A DNA stretch of 64,000 bases from Patescibacteria group bacterium (GCA_041649675.1 JBAZMQ010000007.1:2948-66947); one strand, 5' to 3'; positions 11,707 to 21,751 are shown, counted from the stretch's first letter. The notes: a model not told the origin generated them from the letters alone. Made by a program: numbers and translations.

Positions 11707-12702
11707 ATGGAAAATATTCCAAACCAGACTACAAAGCCACTTACCAGCCAGGTAGTCAAGGGACCAAAAGCTTTATTTTGGTATTTGGCCCTATTCTTCA
11801 CTTTAGGGATTACAGCATTTTCCACCGGCGGACTATGGTTTCAATTTATTAACAAATGGTTTGGCACCGAAATAAATTACGGCCAAGCTGTTCGGGCTTT
11901 CAGCCAATCAGCAATCAAATGGGAAATGGCATCTCTGATTGTTTCAGTTCCGGTATTTTTTATTTTCACCTTACTGGTTAGAAAAGCCTTAAAAAACGGC
12001 AGCTTAGCCCCGGACAATAAAGTTAGACTCTGGGTTACCTACATTATTCTATTTATTGTAATCGCCGTTTCCGTCGGTGATTTGATCGCTACCACCTTTT
12101 CCCTATTAAACGGCGATTTCACTGTCCGATTCCTGCTTAAGAGTTTGACCATTTTGGTCATTGCGATTTGGATGTTTGTTTACTACTGGTTAGAAATCAG
12201 ATCTCACAGCTCGCTGACTGACTCCAAGTTACCAAAGATAATGGGTATCATTACCTTAGCAGTAGTAATCGTTTCTTTTATTGGTACTTTCTTTATTATT
12301 GAATCCCCGGTTCAAGCCAGAAAGAACGCTTTTGACCGGACCAGAGTTAATGATTTACAAAATATCAAATACGCAGTTGATAGTTACTATCAAGAATTCA
12401 ACAAACTACCAACGACTTTGGATGAATTAATTCAATCAAGAGGCTATTTGAATATTATTGATCCGGAAACGGCCAAGCCTTACGAATACAAATCTACCGG
12501 CAGCGATTCTTATCAGCTTTGCGCCCAATTCAGTAATTCCAATAAAGGCCAAGTAAACGATTATTACAATTATCCTAATTACAATGAGTTTTTGCATGAT
12601 GCCGGCCACAGTTGTTTTGACCGAAAAGCAGTTTCAGCCGACCAGCCAGCAAAAATGTTACAAAAACCATCACCTCAGCCTCAAACCATTCCGGCTAATT
12701 AA
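11707..12702 (+). CDS. Multi-TM membrane protein (DUF5671-like) with a pilin/T2SS-G-like C-terminal region
   Basis: About 5 TM segments, then DRTRVNDLQNIKYAVDSYY..LP..DPET..YEY..YQLCAQF. Confidence 0.7.
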   Translation: MENIPNQTTKPLTSQVVKGPKALFWYLALFFTLGITAFSTGGLWFQFINKWFGTEINYGQAVRAFSQSAIKWEMASLIVSVPVFFIFTLLVRKALKNGSLAPDNKVRLWVTYIILFIVIAVSVGDLIATTFSLLNGDFTVRFLLKSLTILVIAIWMFVYYWLEIRSHSSLTDSKLPKIMGIITLAVVIVSFIGTFFIIESPVQARKNAFDRTRVNDLQNIKYAVDSYYQEFNKLPTTLDELIQSRGYLNIIDPETAKPYEYKSTGSDSYQLCAQFSNSNKGQVNDYYNYPNYNEFLHDAGHSCFDRKAVSADQPAKMLQKPSPQPQTIPAN

Positions 12703-12716
12703 ATAATAATAAATAA

Positions 12717-12755
12717 TTGCGGGACCCCAAATTTTCCAGGGATCAAAACCGCGAA
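12717..12755 (+). promoter_or_regulatory. Putative ribosomal protein L1-binding mRNA element (rplA leader)
   Basis: TTGCGG-GA-CCC..GGG-ATCAAAA-CCGCGA two-helix structure with asymmetric loop directly before rplA. Confidence 0.55.
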
Positions 12756-12781
12756 CCCGCCTACGCCAAGGCTTTAGCGGG
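12756..12781. repeat. Short hairpin repeat CCCGCCTACGCCAAGGCTTTAGCGGG
   Basis: CCCGC/GCGGG outer stem and GCC/GGC inner stem; resembles a dispersed repeat I recall from CPR genomes; single copy here. Confidence 0.45.
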
Positions 12782-12795
12782 TAAAAGGAAAAATT

Positions 12796-13476
12796 ATGAA
12801 TCATTCAAAACGCTATCAAGGATTGGTAAAAAAAATCGAAAAAGACAAGCTCTATTCCCTTGAACAAGCAATTAAATTGGTCAAAGAAACCAACACTACT
12901 AAATTCAAGGGTTCAGTTGAAGTCCATGTCCGCTTAGGCATTGATACGAAAAAAACCGAGCAGCAAGTTCGCGGAACCATTACCTTGCCTTTCGGCACGG
13001 GTAAAACCAAAAAAATTGCTGCCATTGTTTCACCGGAAAAAGAAAAAGAAGCTAAAGAAGCTGGCGCTGACGTTTTCGGCAGTCAGGAATTAATTGACCA
13101 AATTAAGACTACCGGTAAAGTTGATTTTGATATTACTATTGCCACTCCCGATATGATGCCAAAACTAGCCGTGATTGCCAAAATTTTAGGGCCCAAAGGT
13201 TTAATGCCTTCGCCTAAAAATGATACCATCACTACCAACTTAGCCAAAACTATCAGCGAACTAAAAAAAGGCAAGGTCAACTTCAAAAGTGATGATACTG
13301 GCAATGTCCACCAAATAATTGGCAAAGTAAATTTTGACGATTCCCAGCTAATTGAAAATTTCCAAGCCTTCATTGGCGCCCTGAAAAAAAGTAAGCCATC
13401 TTCAGCTAAAGGAACTTATATTCAGAATGTCACTATTGCTTCTTCAATGGGTCCAGGGGTAAAAGTCGCCTTATAA
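12796..13476 (+). CDS. rplA: 50S ribosomal protein L1
   Basis: QQVRGTITLPFGTGK, IATPDMM, LGPKGLMPSPK, SSMGPGVK. Confidence 0.98.
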   Translation: MNHSKRYQGLVKKIEKDKLYSLEQAIKLVKETNTTKFKGSVEVHVRLGIDTKKTEQQVRGTITLPFGTGKTKKIAAIVSPEKEKEAKEAGADVFGSQELIDQIKTTGKVDFDITIATPDMMPKLAVIAKILGPKGLMPSPKNDTITTNLAKTISELKKGKVNFKSDDTGNVHQIIGKVNFDDSQLIENFQAFIGALKKSKPSSAKGTYIQNVTIASSMGPGVKVAL

Positions 13477-13491
13477 AATTTAAATACTACC

Positions 13492-13520
13492 AAAAAATCC
13501 GCTTTTTAGGCGGATTTTTT
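13492..13520. terminator. Intrinsic terminator after rplA
   Basis: AAAAAATCCGC-tttttag-GCGGATTTTTT. Confidence 0.85.
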
Positions 13521-13636
13521 GATTTGCCAAGAACGTTTAAAATCTGTTAAAATATAGGAGTTATTACAAATTAATACGGGATAAAAAAGTCGCTTATCTT
13601 GCTGATAAACTTATCTCGCCTACCTTGCTTAACTTT

Positions 13637-14182
13637 ATGTCTGAAGAACGAAATCACTATCGCCCGTCTTGGGACGACTATTTTATGGCAATTGCCAAAA
13701 TTATTGCCAGCCGCGGCACCTGCGATCGTCTTTATTCTGGTGCAGTTTTGGTTAAAAATAACAGAATAATCTCCACTGGCTATAACGGTTCTCCAGCCGC
13801 CTTACCTCACTGTCACGATGCCGGCCATCTTTTAGAAGATGGTCATTGCGTTAGGACAATACATGGCGAACATAATGCAATTCTACAAGCTGCCGTTCAA
13901 GGTGGCACCAGCACTGTTGGCTCAACCATGTACACTAAATATAATCCTTGCATTCATTGTACTAAATACGTAATCGCTGCCGGTATTACCAGGGTCGTAC
14001 TTGGTAAAATTTACCGCAGCGAAAAAGCGGTAGAAATGTTAAAAGAAGCCGGCATTCAAGTTGATATCTACCAGGAAAATCCCGAATGGAGCAATGAGAT
14101 AGTAAAAATGTTTACCGAAGAAATTCCCGAGCGCATCAACGAGGGCGCAGTAAAATTTCAGGAGACTAAAACTAATGAATAA
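13637..14182 (+). CDS. dCMP deaminase (ComEB family)
   Basis: RPSWDDYFM, TGYNG, HGEHNA and PCIHC zinc motifs. Confidence 0.92.
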   Translation: MSEERNHYRPSWDDYFMAIAKIIASRGTCDRLYSGAVLVKNNRIISTGYNGSPAALPHCHDAGHLLEDGHCVRTIHGEHNAILQAAVQGGTSTVGSTMYTKYNPCIHCTKYVIAAGITRVVLGKIYRSEKAVEMLKEAGIQVDIYQENPEWSNEIVKMFTEEIPERINEGAVKFQETKTNE

Positions 14183-14735
14183 AATAATTTTAGGTTTTGT
14201 CGGTCCGATTGCTTCGGGCAAAGGGACGGCTTGTAAATATCTTGCCGAAAAACATGGAGCCAAGATCTTTCGTTTTTCTTCCATGCTGCGCGATGTTTTG
14301 GATAGATTCTATATTGAGCAAAGCCGAGAAAACATGCAGACAGTTTCTTCGGTTTTAAGGCAGACTTTTGGTGATGATCTGATGGCCAAAACTATTGCTA
14401 ACGATGTTAGCAAAACCGAGACTGAGATTGTCGCTGTTGATGGTGTCAGGCGCGAACCCGATATTAAATACCTAAAACAAATTCCTGGCTTTTATCTTGT
14501 TAATATTGACGCTGACCAAAAAATTCGTTGGCAAAGAATAACTTCCAGAGGTGAAAATAGCGATGATACTAAAAAAACTTTGGAGCAATTTCAGCAAGAC
14601 GAGCAAAGAGAGGCCGAACAACAAATTAAAGCCGTAGCTAAATCAGCCAATTTCATTATTGATAATAATGGCACAACTCAAGAACTCTATAAACAAATTG
14701 AGACTATTTTAAACAAAGCTCAAAAAAAGAGTTAA
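14175..14735 (+). CDS. P-loop nucleotide kinase (dNMP kinase/dephospho-CoA kinase-like)
   Basis: GFVGPIASGKGT, VDGVR, FIIDNNGT; lies in the dTTP cluster. Confidence 0.8.
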   Translation: MNKIILGFVGPIASGKGTACKYLAEKHGAKIFRFSSMLRDVLDRFYIEQSRENMQTVSSVLRQTFGDDLMAKTIANDVSKTETEIVAVDGVRREPDIKYLKQIPGFYLVNIDADQKIRWQRITSRGENSDDTKKTLEQFQQDEQREAEQQIKAVAKSANFIIDNNGTTQELYKQIETILNKAQKKS

Positions 14736-14739
14736 CAAA

Positions 14740-15159
14740 ATGAAAATCAAAATTAAAAAACTTAAGCCAAAAATAAAAATCCCTAGCTATGCTCATTTGG
14801 GCGATGCGGGCTTGGATTTATGTTCGCTGCAAGATTACAAATTGAAACCGGGCGAAAGTAAAAGATTTGATTTCGGATTTGCCTTAGAATTTAACAAAGG
14901 CTACGTCGCTTTAACTCGTGACCGTGGCAGCCTAGCAACAGCCGGCGTTCATAATCTTGGCGGAGTTTTTGATTGCGGCTACCGCGGCGAGTACAATTGC
15001 ACTTTAATCAATTTAAGCAAAAAAACTTATCAAATAAAAAGGGGCGATCGGATTGTTCAGCTAGTAATTTTTCCAATCGCTTATGCCGATCTAAGAGAAG
15101 TAAAGAATTTAGCAAAAACCAGTCGTGGTCACGGCCGTTTCGGTTCAACTGGTAAATAA
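14740..15159 (+). CDS. dut: dUTP diphosphatase
   Basis: GDAGLDL, GVFDCGYRGE, GDRIVQLV, RGHGRFGSTG. Confidence 0.95.
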   Translation: MKIKIKKLKPKIKIPSYAHLGDAGLDLCSLQDYKLKPGESKRFDFGFALEFNKGYVALTRDRGSLATAGVHNLGGVFDCGYRGEYNCTLINLSKKTYQIKRGDRIVQLVIFPIAYADLREVKNLAKTSRGHGRFGSTGK

Positions 15160-15187
15160 TTTACTAACCAGTGCTAACGAAAAAAAT

Positions 15188-17518
15188 ATGGAGGACAAAA
15201 AGCCATTAATAATCGCAGCCATCATCGTTGTTGTTTTGTTTATTATTACGGCTATTGGTGTATTCTTTTTTCTCAGCCGACCTACGACTACCAGCGACAT
15301 CACTGCCCCGCCGAATACTAATACTGACTATAATTATTTGCCGCCATCACTCCAAACTTCAGGTGATACCAGTATCGTCCAGGAAGAAAAAATTAAACTG
15401 GAAAAAGAAAAACAATTTATTTCTTCGTTTTGGAAACCTTGGGAACTAAAATATACTGCCCAGTCCCCAACTTACAAACTACCTTTAGACAAAACCAAAG
15501 AGCAAGTTATAAACTATCGCGATTTTTCCCGAAAAATAAATTTAGACCCAACCCTAGCTAAGCTCACCGCCAATGGTTTTGTTGTTATCAACAATCCTTT
15601 TGACCAAAAGGTTAACGATTGGGCGGGTAACTATAAATTAATCAACAATAATAAATTACCAGTTCTAATAACAGCTGATTCCGTTGTTGGTCTTTACCAA
15701 GATACTTTGAATATCGTTTACAAAGAAATTGAACAAGAAATATTTTATCCTTCACTTTGGCAGCTGCTTAAAGAAATGGCCAATCAGGCGCGACAACGTT
15801 ATGAATCAAGGCAAAGCCAGTTTGGGATCAAAACTGACCTGGTAACCGAAGCTAACCGGTTAGAATTGGCTTTTATCACAACCGGTTTAAAACTACTACA
15901 ACCCGAAACTGGCCAAATCAAAGATTCTTTGTCCGCTGATAACACTTTCTTTTCTTCCCAAGAAGCCGGTCTTTACACAATTGCCACCCCGCCCTATTTA
16001 GCCGATGAAATCGCCCAAGAAATAAAATTAATTAAATCCAAAGCAAAAACAACTAAATCCCCGATTTTTCTTTATCCCCGGAGTTATGAAATTTATGCCA
16101 TTCCGCCCCAATATAACACTTCGGAAAAACTAAAAAATTATTATTTGGCAATCACTTGGCTTAACAACAATCTGTTTCCCCTTTGGAGCAAAAGTAATGA
16201 TTGCCCAAAATGTCTTTTAGACCAATCGGATCAAATAATCAATTTTGTTGCTTCTTTGTATCTGACTAACGATTTGGCTTCTGATCAAGCCTTAAAAAAT
16301 CGCTGGGCCAATATTTATAAATCAATTTCTTTTTTTAAAGGTTTGGAAGTTAATTTGACTTACTTGGATTATCAACAAGCAATGAAGGATACTTTCGGCA
16401 AGGATTATAATTTAAATAACCTCTTTACTGGCGACCAACAAGTAGTTAAAGATAATATTATAAACTTGCAAGAAAAAATCAGCAGCTACAATTTTTCTAA
16501 GATTTTAAGGCAAAATCAAAATAGCAAAGAAAAAGCCGGCCTGCGGCTGCTTCGTAATTATTACCTATTGGAAAATGAATTGTTTAACAATTTAAGCGGC
16601 CAAACAGCTGGGCAATACACTGGCCAAATTACTAAAGGCCAAGTTTTACCCTTCTCTACTTGCCAAATGGATAAAAAATACTACCGCTGCTGGCCAACTG
16701 GTTTAGATCTTTTCAATCTTTTGAACAACGAAACGGCCAAAAAAATTAATGAAAAAAATAAAGGCAATCTCTACGCCAATTACAATCAGAATCTGACTGA
16801 TTTTTCTTCGGCTTTGAAAGAGTTTACCCAGCCTACTTGGCATGACAATGCTTATTTGAGCCTGCTTTCAGCCCTAACCAGTTTTAATCAAACCAAAACT
16901 GGGTTGCCGGCTTTCATGCAAACTGATCTTTGGCAAAAAAAAGAACTAAATACTAGCCTAGGAGCCTGGGTTGATTTTCACCGAGAAATTAATTTTGAAA
17001 AAACCAAAATTTCAATCAATAACACTTTTAGAGAATACTTCCCTTATGGCTACATTGAACCACAGACGGAATTATACAGCACCCTTTTGGCCAATGTTGA
17101 TATGGTAATGAGTGGTTTTACCAGCTTGCAGATAATTTCTAACCAAAGCAAATCGTTTGAGAGACTGACAAACTTAAAAAACATTTTACAGCCAGCCGCG
17201 GAGATCTCAAAAAAGGAGTTAACCCAAGAGAGCTTAACTTCAGATAATTATGATTTCATAAATAATTTTTATAAACAAATTGAAACTGTTATTGGTGATA
17301 TTAAAGCTAGCGGCGTTCAAAATAAAAGTTCATTTAGCTACGCAACGGCGGATAATTATATCATCAACGAATACCTTGATGGTTTAAATTATCTAATTGT
17401 TATTTATCCGGATAAAGATGGCAAACTATATTTTGCCGTTGGACCCGTATTTAGTTATTTAGAGAGTAAAAATAAAGATAAACCTTTGGCCACTTGGCAG
17501 CAAGAGCTAAAACCATAA
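15188..17518 (+). CDS. Membrane-anchored DUF3160-like protein
   Basis: N-terminal TM; LPVLITADS, LKNYYLAITW, KELNTSLGAW, GYIEP, AVGPVFSY. Confidence 0.75.
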   Translation: MEDKKPLIIAAIIVVVLFIITAIGVFFFLSRPTTTSDITAPPNTNTDYNYLPPSLQTSGDTSIVQEEKIKLEKEKQFISSFWKPWELKYTAQSPTYKLPLDKTKEQVINYRDFSRKINLDPTLAKLTANGFVVINNPFDQKVNDWAGNYKLINNNKLPVLITADSVVGLYQDTLNIVYKEIEQEIFYPSLWQLLKEMANQARQRYESRQSQFGIKTDLVTEANRLELAFITTGLKLLQPETGQIKDSLSADNTFFSSQEAGLYTIATPPYLADEIAQEIKLIKSKAKTTKSPIFLYPRSYEIYAIPPQYNTSEKLKNYYLAITWLNNNLFPLWSKSNDCPKCLLDQSDQIINFVASLYLTNDLASDQALKNRWANIYKSISFFKGLEVNLTYLDYQQAMKDTFGKDYNLNNLFTGDQQVVKDNIINLQEKISSYNFSKILRQNQNSKEKAGLRLLRNYYLLENELFNNLSGQTAGQYTGQITKGQVLPFSTCQMDKKYYRCWPTGLDLFNLLNNETAKKINEKNKGNLYANYNQNLTDFSSALKEFTQPTWHDNAYLSLLSALTSFNQTKTGLPAFMQTDLWQKKELNTSLGAWVDFHREINFEKTKISINNTFREYFPYGYIEPQTELYSTLLANVDMVMSGFTSLQIISNQSKSFERLTNLKNILQPAAEISKKELTQESLTSDNYDFINNFYKQIETVIGDIKASGVQNKSSFSYATADNYIINEYLDGLNYLIVIYPDKDGKLYFAVGPVFSYLESKNKDKPLATWQQELKP

Positions 17519-17520
17519 AT

Positions 17521-18393
17521 ATGAAAGCCTATTTAGACATTGTCAAAAAAATCTTAGAAACCGGTCAAAGAACTACCAACCGAACCGGCATTGATACTTT
17601 AGTTTTTCCGGGCAATATGTTTCAGCATGATATGAGCACCGGTTTTCCAATACTCACAACAAAAAAAGTGCCTTATCGCCTGGTGGCTACAGAACTGGAA
17701 TTTTTTATCAAAGGCATCACTGACAAAAAATGGCTACAGGATCGGAATAATCATATCTGGGACGAATGGTGTACGCCATTAAAAATTCCTTATGCTAATG
17801 ACGAAGAAACGAAGAAACGCATGTTTGCCGAAAGAGATTTGGGCACAATTTATGGCTGGGAATGGCGGCATTTTGGCGCTCAATACAAATCTTATGATAC
17901 TGATTATACGGGTCAAGGCGTTGATCAATTAAAAAAATTAGTCACCGATTTAAAAGCTCAACCAGACAGCCGCCGAATGCTGGTTTTAGCCTGGAATCCA
18001 TTAGATATTGACAAAGCCGTTCCGCCTTACTGCCATTATGGTTTTCAAGTCACGGTGGTTAATAAAAAATTAAATTTATTTTGGAACCAGCGTTCAGTTG
18101 ATGTCGCCCTTGGCTTGCCTTTCAACATTGCCAGCTATGCAACCTTGCTTCATTTGTTAGCCCGAGAAACCGGTTTTGAGGAAGGTATTCTGACTGGATT
18201 TTTGGCTGATACTCATATTTACGTTAATCACGTTGATGGTCTAAAAGAACAATTATCCCGAAATTACAATAAATATCCCCTGCCAAAAATTGAAACTAAA
18301 AAATTTACCTCAATTTTTGACTGGCAAGCGACTGATACGGAACTAATTAATTATCAAAGTTACCCGACAATTAAATTTGAAATAGCAGTCTAA
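17521..18393 (+). CDS. thyA: Thymidylate synthase
   Basis: NRTGIDT, FPILTTKK, SRRMLVLAWNP, PPYCH, QRSVDVALGLPFNIASY, HIYVNH. Confidence 0.97.
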   Translation: MKAYLDIVKKILETGQRTTNRTGIDTLVFPGNMFQHDMSTGFPILTTKKVPYRLVATELEFFIKGITDKKWLQDRNNHIWDEWCTPLKIPYANDEETKKRMFAERDLGTIYGWEWRHFGAQYKSYDTDYTGQGVDQLKKLVTDLKAQPDSRRMLVLAWNPLDIDKAVPPYCHYGFQVTVVNKKLNLFWNQRSVDVALGLPFNIASYATLLHLLARETGFEEGILTGFLADTHIYVNHVDGLKEQLSRNYNKYPLPKIETKKFTSIFDWQATDTELINYQSYPTIKFEIAV

Positions 18394-18397
18394 AACC

Positions 18398-18467
18398 AGC
18401 TTTTAGCTGTTAGCTTATAGCTTTTAGAATTTTCCCTACAAGCTACCAGCTAAAAGCTAATAGCTAA
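18398..18467. repeat. Inverted heptamer element (AGCTNNT left, CTANNAG right), no ORF
   Basis: agctttt agctgtt agcttat agctttt .. ctacaag ctaccag ctaaaag ctaatag. Confidence 0.8.
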
Positions 18468-18472
18468 TTTCT

Positions 18473-18988
18473 ATGAAACTAATCCTAATGATGGCCATGA
18501 CCGCGGACGGTATCATCGCCAAAAATTCCACCCAAAATGCCGATTGGACCAGCAAAGCTGACAAAAAAGCTTTTATTGCTGAGACCAAAAAACACGGCGT
18601 AATTATTATGGGCCAAACTACTTTTGAAGCAATCGGCAAAGCTTTGCCTGGTCGCTTGAATTTAATTTTAAGTCTAACACCCGAAAAATTTAAGGAAAAA
18701 GAACAGCCCGGACTTTTAGAATTTGCCAAAGGCACGCCTCAAGAAATTATTTCCCTCCTTGAAAATCGCGGATTTGAATCAGCTATCCTGGGTGGTGGGG
18801 CTAAAACCAACGGCATGTTTTTGCAAGCCGGTTTGGTTGATGAAATCTTGATTACCGTTGAACCAAAAATCTTTGGCCAAGGTATGAACTTTACCGAAGG
18901 CGAGGATTTAGATTTGAATTTAGAATTAATTGAAGCTAAAAAAATCGGAGATAATGCGGTGCAACTGAAATACAAGGTTTTAAAATAA
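18473..18988 (+). CDS. folA: Dihydrofolate reductase family protein
   Basis: MAMTADGII, IIMGQTTFEAIGKALPGRLN, LGGG; directly after thyA. Confidence 0.85.
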   Translation: MKLILMMAMTADGIIAKNSTQNADWTSKADKKAFIAETKKHGVIIMGQTTFEAIGKALPGRLNLILSLTPEKFKEKEQPGLLEFAKGTPQEIISLLENRGFESAILGGGAKTNGMFLQAGLVDEILITVEPKIFGQGMNFTEGEDLDLNLELIEAKKIGDNAVQLKYKVLK

Positions 18989-19015
18989 AAAAAAGAAGGG
19001 GTATTTCCCTTCGAC
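18987..19015 (-). terminator. Terminator of the 19091..19378 unit
   Basis: Minus strand GAAGGG-aaatac-CCCTTC-TTTTTTT. Confidence 0.7.
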
Positions 19016-19090
19016 TTAAAGGACAAAGTCAGATAGGACTGCCGCTATCTGGTACAATTACCCAGTCGTAAAAGACAAAAAATAGTACCA

Positions 19091-19378
19091 TCAAAAATTC
19101 TCCTCCTCGTAATCGCCCGGCCAGCCATGGCATGTCACCAAAGAAATTAATACTATAATAACCGTGGCCAACAAAAAACGAAGTAATGTCGTTGTTCCTG
19201 TCCACCAAACTGCCACTAGACAAGCTTCTGCCAAAAAAGCCAGAGGCCAGTAGAACAGATAATGCAGAACTTTTCCAAGCCAGCCAAAGACCGACTCCGA
19301 ATTGGACAGCAGGCCCGTAATCAGCCAATACGCCAGCACTACCAGCAACACGCTTTTGACCGTCAAAAACCATTCCAT
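19091..19378 (-). CDS. Small hydrophobic (about 3 TM) hypothetical protein, orphan unit
   Basis: TAAGGAG 7 nt before ATG 19378; own promoter and terminator. Confidence 0.65.
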   Translation of the reverse strand: MEWFLTVKSVLLVVLAYWLITGLLSNSESVFGWLGKVLHYLFYWPLAFLAEACLVAVWWTGTTTLLRFLLATVIIVLISLVTCHGWPGDYEEENF

Positions 19379-19438
19379 AACCGTCTCCTTACCTATGTTG
19401 TCTAAGCCGCACTTAAATTCCAGTCCGTTAATAAATTT

Positions 19439-19467
19439 ATGTTAGTTGATATACTGGGTAAAGTCAA
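19439..19467 (-). promoter_or_regulatory. Promoter TTGACT-17-TAACAT
   Basis: Upstream of ORF 19378. Confidence 0.6.
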
Positions 19468-19506
19468 GACAAGAAATAAATTTTCTAAATAAGATAAATA
19501 AAAAAA

Positions 19507-20172
19507 ATGCTACAAGCTAATCGAGGCAAATTAATCGTCATTGACGGAATTGACGGTTCGGGCAAAGCCACCCAGACCAAAATTTTATTAGAAAAAATAA
19601 AAGAAGCTGGTTTGATGGTTGAGACAATTGATTTTCCGCAATACGAAAAAAACTTTTTTGGCCGAATGGTTCGTCGCTACCTTAATGGCGAATTTGGTCC
19701 GGCCACCACAGTTAACCCCTATCTAGCCTCAACTCTGTATGCCGCCGACCGCTGGGAGTCAGCTGAAACAATCAAACAATGGCTTGATCAGGGAAAAATT
19801 GTTTTATTAGACAGATATTATACTAGCAACCTGATTCATCAAGGAACTAAACTAACTTATTCGGAGCTGGATGACTTTATAATTTGGGATGAATCAATGG
19901 AATTTAATACTTTTAAAATTCCCAAACCGGACTTAGTAATTTATTTGCACTTGGACGCGGCTATTGCTTATGAACTAATCACTAAGCGCGGCCAGGGTCA
20001 TGATGGCCACGATACTACTCAACACTTAAAGCAGGCCGAAGAGAGATGTTCTTATCTGGCCAAAAAATTAAATTGGCTAACTGTTGAATGTAGCCAAAAC
20101 GGCCAGCTGCTAGAAATTGAAACCATTGCCGAAAACATTTGGCAACAAGCTAAAAAGATAATAAATATTTGA
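19507..20172 (+). CDS. tmk: Thymidylate kinase
   Basis: IVIDGIDGSGKATQ, LYAADR, LLDRY, PDLVIYL. Confidence 0.95.
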   Translation: MLQANRGKLIVIDGIDGSGKATQTKILLEKIKEAGLMVETIDFPQYEKNFFGRMVRRYLNGEFGPATTVNPYLASTLYAADRWESAETIKQWLDQGKIVLLDRYYTSNLIHQGTKLTYSELDDFIIWDESMEFNTFKIPKPDLVIYLHLDAAIAYELITKRGQGHDGHDTTQHLKQAEERCSYLAKKLNWLTVECSQNGQLLEIETIAENIWQQAKKIINI

Positions 20173-20223
20173 CAATTAACCATTTTGTGATAAGCTAAAA
20201 CAATAAATTTAATACTTTTTGCT

Positions 20224-21750
20224 ATGAAATTAACCCCGGTAATTGGGCTAGAAATTCACGTCCAACTGAAAACCAAATCAAAAATGTTTTGTGCTTGCGA
20301 TAACGCGGGCGAAAACCAAGCGGCCAACACCACCGTCTGCCCTATCTGCATGGGTCATCCCGGAGTTTTACCTGTCACCAATAAACAGGCCGTTGAATGG
20401 TCAGTGATGTCGGCCTTAGCTTTGGGTTGTGAAATTCCAAAAATTTCTAAATTTGACCGCAAAAGTTATTTCTATCCGGATTTACCAAAAAATTACCAAA
20501 TTTCCCAATATGATCAGCCAATTGGTTTAAAAGGCAAATTAACAATCCAAACCAAAGAGGGCCCAAAAGAAATTGGTATCACCCGCCTTCACTTAGAAGA
20601 AGATGCGGCCAAAAATTTCCATTCACCCGACGGCAAACATACTTTGGTTGATTATAACCGTTCCAGTACGCCCTTAATGGAAATTGTGACTGAACCGGAT
20701 ATGCGCAGTCCGCTCCAAGCCAAAACTTTTGCTCAAGAATTAAGGGCAATAATGCGCTATTTGAATGTTTCCGATGCGGATATGGAAAAAGGTCATTTGC
20801 GCTGCGATGCCAACGTTTCTTTAACCGATCAACCCCAAGACAAAATTGATATTAATAAATTGCAGCCAAAAACTGAGATAAAAAATTTAAATTCATTTAA
20901 AGCGATTGAACGGGCTTTGGAGTATGAAATTAAACGGCAGACTAAACTTTGGGAAGCTGGCACACCACCAAAGCAGCAATCAACTCGCGGCTGGGATGAA
21001 AATAAGGGTATTACTCAAGATCAACGATTTAAAGAAGAGGCCTCCGATTATCGCTATTTCCCCGAACCGGATTTACCGCCATTAAATTTTGAACCCGGCC
21101 AACCAGATGCGCTGAATGTGGCGGCAATCAAAGACAGCTTAATTGAATTACCACAGGCCAAAAGACAAAGATACACCCAAGAATTTGGTTTATCGCTGGA
21201 AAATGCAAAGATTGTAACGGATGAAAAAGGTTTGGCCGACTTTTTTGAAAGAACGATTACCGAGCTGCGGGCTTGGCTGCTGTCGCTAGACGAAGTTGAG
21301 GGCACTCAAGACGAAATTTGGGAAAAAAATAAAGCCAAACTAGCCAAGTTAACCTATAATTGGCTAATTAATAAACTGATTGCCTTGTCGTACAAGGATG
21401 GAAAAAAAATAAATGTCACGCCGGAAAATTTTGCCGAATTTATCACTATTGTCTACCAAAATAAAATTAACTCCGCTATTGCTCAAAAACTATTGGAAAT
21501 AATGCACACGACCGGCAAAGATCCGTCAGTAATTATGGTTGAACAAGATTTAGACAAAAATGTTAAAAGTGGCGATATAGAAACGATTGTTGACAGAATA
21601 ATTGCTCAAAATCCAAATCAAGTTGAACAATACAAAAAGGGTAAAACGACTCTAATTCAGTTTTTCATTGGGCAAATAATGCGAGAGACTAAAGGTCAAG
21701 CTGACCCAGAACAACTTAAAAATATTTTAACTAATAAGCTAAATAAATAA
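20224..21750 (+). CDS. gatB: Asp/Glu-tRNA amidotransferase subunit B
   Basis: IGLEIHVQL, FDRKSYFYPDLPKNYQISQ, LRCDANVS, DYRYFPEPDLPP. Confidence 0.98.
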   Translation: MKLTPVIGLEIHVQLKTKSKMFCACDNAGENQAANTTVCPICMGHPGVLPVTNKQAVEWSVMSALALGCEIPKISKFDRKSYFYPDLPKNYQISQYDQPIGLKGKLTIQTKEGPKEIGITRLHLEEDAAKNFHSPDGKHTLVDYNRSSTPLMEIVTEPDMRSPLQAKTFAQELRAIMRYLNVSDADMEKGHLRCDANVSLTDQPQDKIDINKLQPKTEIKNLNSFKAIERALEYEIKRQTKLWEAGTPPKQQSTRGWDENKGITQDQRFKEEASDYRYFPEPDLPPLNFEPGQPDALNVAAIKDSLIELPQAKRQRYTQEFGLSLENAKIVTDEKGLADFFERTITELRAWLLSLDEVEGTQDEIWEKNKAKLAKLTYNWLINKLIALSYKDGKKINVTPENFAEFITIVYQNKINSAIAQKLLEIMHTTGKDPSVIMVEQDLDKNVKSGDIETIVDRIIAQNPNQVEQYKKGKTTLIQFFIGQIMRETKGQADPEQLKNILTNKLNK

Positions 21751-21751
21751 T

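Noticed and set aside
19029-19373. Alternative 114-aa ORF overlapping the 95-aa ORF
   Set aside because: RBS spacing fits ATG 19378, and that frame gives coherent TM segments
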